Assembly (NCBI GenBank): GCA_964016885.1
Contig: OZ024765.1
Coordinates: forward strand, 5,146,001 to 5,210,000
Source of the DNA: Eledone cirrhosa
Lineage: Eukaryota
Reading direction: 5' to 3'
Length of the DNA stretch: 64,000 bases
Made by a program: the position numbers and the translations under genes. This document shows positions 62,950 to 64,000 of this stretch, in pieces. How positions within the stretch are numbered: the stretch's first letter is position 1; the number at the start of each line of letters is the position of its first letter. The notes under the pieces are model-generated. The model saw nothing but the letters and a program-made list of their open reading frames with translations, searched no databases and was not told where the DNA came from.

Positions 62950-63780
62950 ACAACGATCTTAGCACTTCTTCACCCAGGGGTTATCATTCAGGTGCATTAC
63001 ATGACAATACCACTGTAGTCTTCTCTCTCGCACACTACAGTTTATCCCTCAACTCGTCCATGCTTGCTTGTTCTTCACACATTGACATTGCATATCCCTC
63101 AAAGGATGCTTGCTTCATTTCTCTCCAGCCGTCGCATATCCTCTGCAGTTGCTGCCCATGTCTCACTCCCATGCAGCATCAGGCATCGGCATCATGCAGC
63201 TAACCTTACGTTCATAGGGAGAAACCCTTCATTGTCAACAGAGGAAACAACTCCCTAAACTTCTTCCATCCTGTCCTTATTTTAGATATTATGGCCTTGG
63301 GGCATCCTCCTCCCTTGTTAATCTGATCACCTAGGTATTGGAAGCTATCAACCACCTCTATAGACCCTACCTGCATTTGGAAAATGTGCCTATCGCTGAC
63401 ACTTCTACTATCAATTTCCCTGAACATCAACTACATATGAAGTTTTCCTTTCCTGTTAGTTTGCCTGCTATCCTTTTCTACATATCGAACATGGACATTT
63501 CCCTGATGGAATCAGTCTTATCCTCTTTTCTACTTATCGAACATGGACATTTCCCTGATGGAATCAGAGTCTTATCCTCTTTTCTACTTATCGAACATGG
63601 ACATTTCCCTGATGGAATCAGAGTCTTATCCTCTTTTCTACTTATCGAACATGGACATTTCCCTGATGGAATCAGAGTCTTATCCTCTTTTCTACTTATC
63701 GAACATGGACATTTCCCTGATGGAATCAGAGTCTTATTCTCTTTTCTACTTATCAATACTTTAATCTTTGCTAGTATAGT
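62950..63780 (-). mobile_element. RTE-X fragment with internal 54-bp x5 array
   Basis: IEVVDSFQYLGDQI...GWKKFREL, and repeat ISRKEDKTLIPSGKCPCS. Confidence 0.8.
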
Positions 63781-63854
63781 ATATATATAAGTGTTCATAT
63801 ATATATATAGATATATATGTGTGTGTGTGTATAGATATATTTATTATACGTACA

Positions 63855-63950
63855 AATTAAAGTTTAAGCAAAGAATTGCTACTTTCACCCTTTTACGGGA
63901 TCTTCCTGTAAAGGGGTGAAAGCAGCGATTCTTTCCTTAAACTTTGATCT
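63855..63950. repeat. Fold-back inverted repeat (family also at 22365-22420)
   Basis: aaagtttaagcaaagaattgctactttcaccc / gggtgaaagcagcgattctttccttaaacttt. Confidence 0.7.
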
Positions 63951-64000
63951 GTACAAAAAATAAATATTTGCTCTACGGCTTTTTCATATATATATTTTAT

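Overview
This is repeat-saturated, AT-rich animal genomic DNA. The SINE/LINE repertoire and the extreme (TA)n, (CA)n and (GGT)n load suggest an octopus or other coleoid cephalopod (inference). The left half holds the 3' 11 coding exons of a + strand ZBBX-like gene (821-31208). All splice phases join, giving about 2048 aa within the window, including a 4255-nt exon built from in-frame tandem repeats. The rest is transposon debris (RTE/RTE-X, Tx1, CRE-like, mariner, hAT and TTAA MITEs, tRNA-derived SINEs, a Helitron end) and micro/minisatellites. Almost all long ORFs in the track are repeat artefacts. The most notable signals are: (1) at least six type-I hammerhead ribozyme motifs of the minimal Penelope-like type, two with an unusually long (about 80-95 nt) stem II, plus fold-back palindromes that begin at ribozyme cleavage sites; (2) a multi-copy non-autonomous RTE whose 5' end is a covarying multi-hairpin RNA, one copy fused to a 28S rRNA fragment; (3) a 48-bp proto-minisatellite in an RTE-X 3'UTR that has expanded independently to 1, 2, about 10 and about 23 units. 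All calls were made by eye, with no database searches or folding software.
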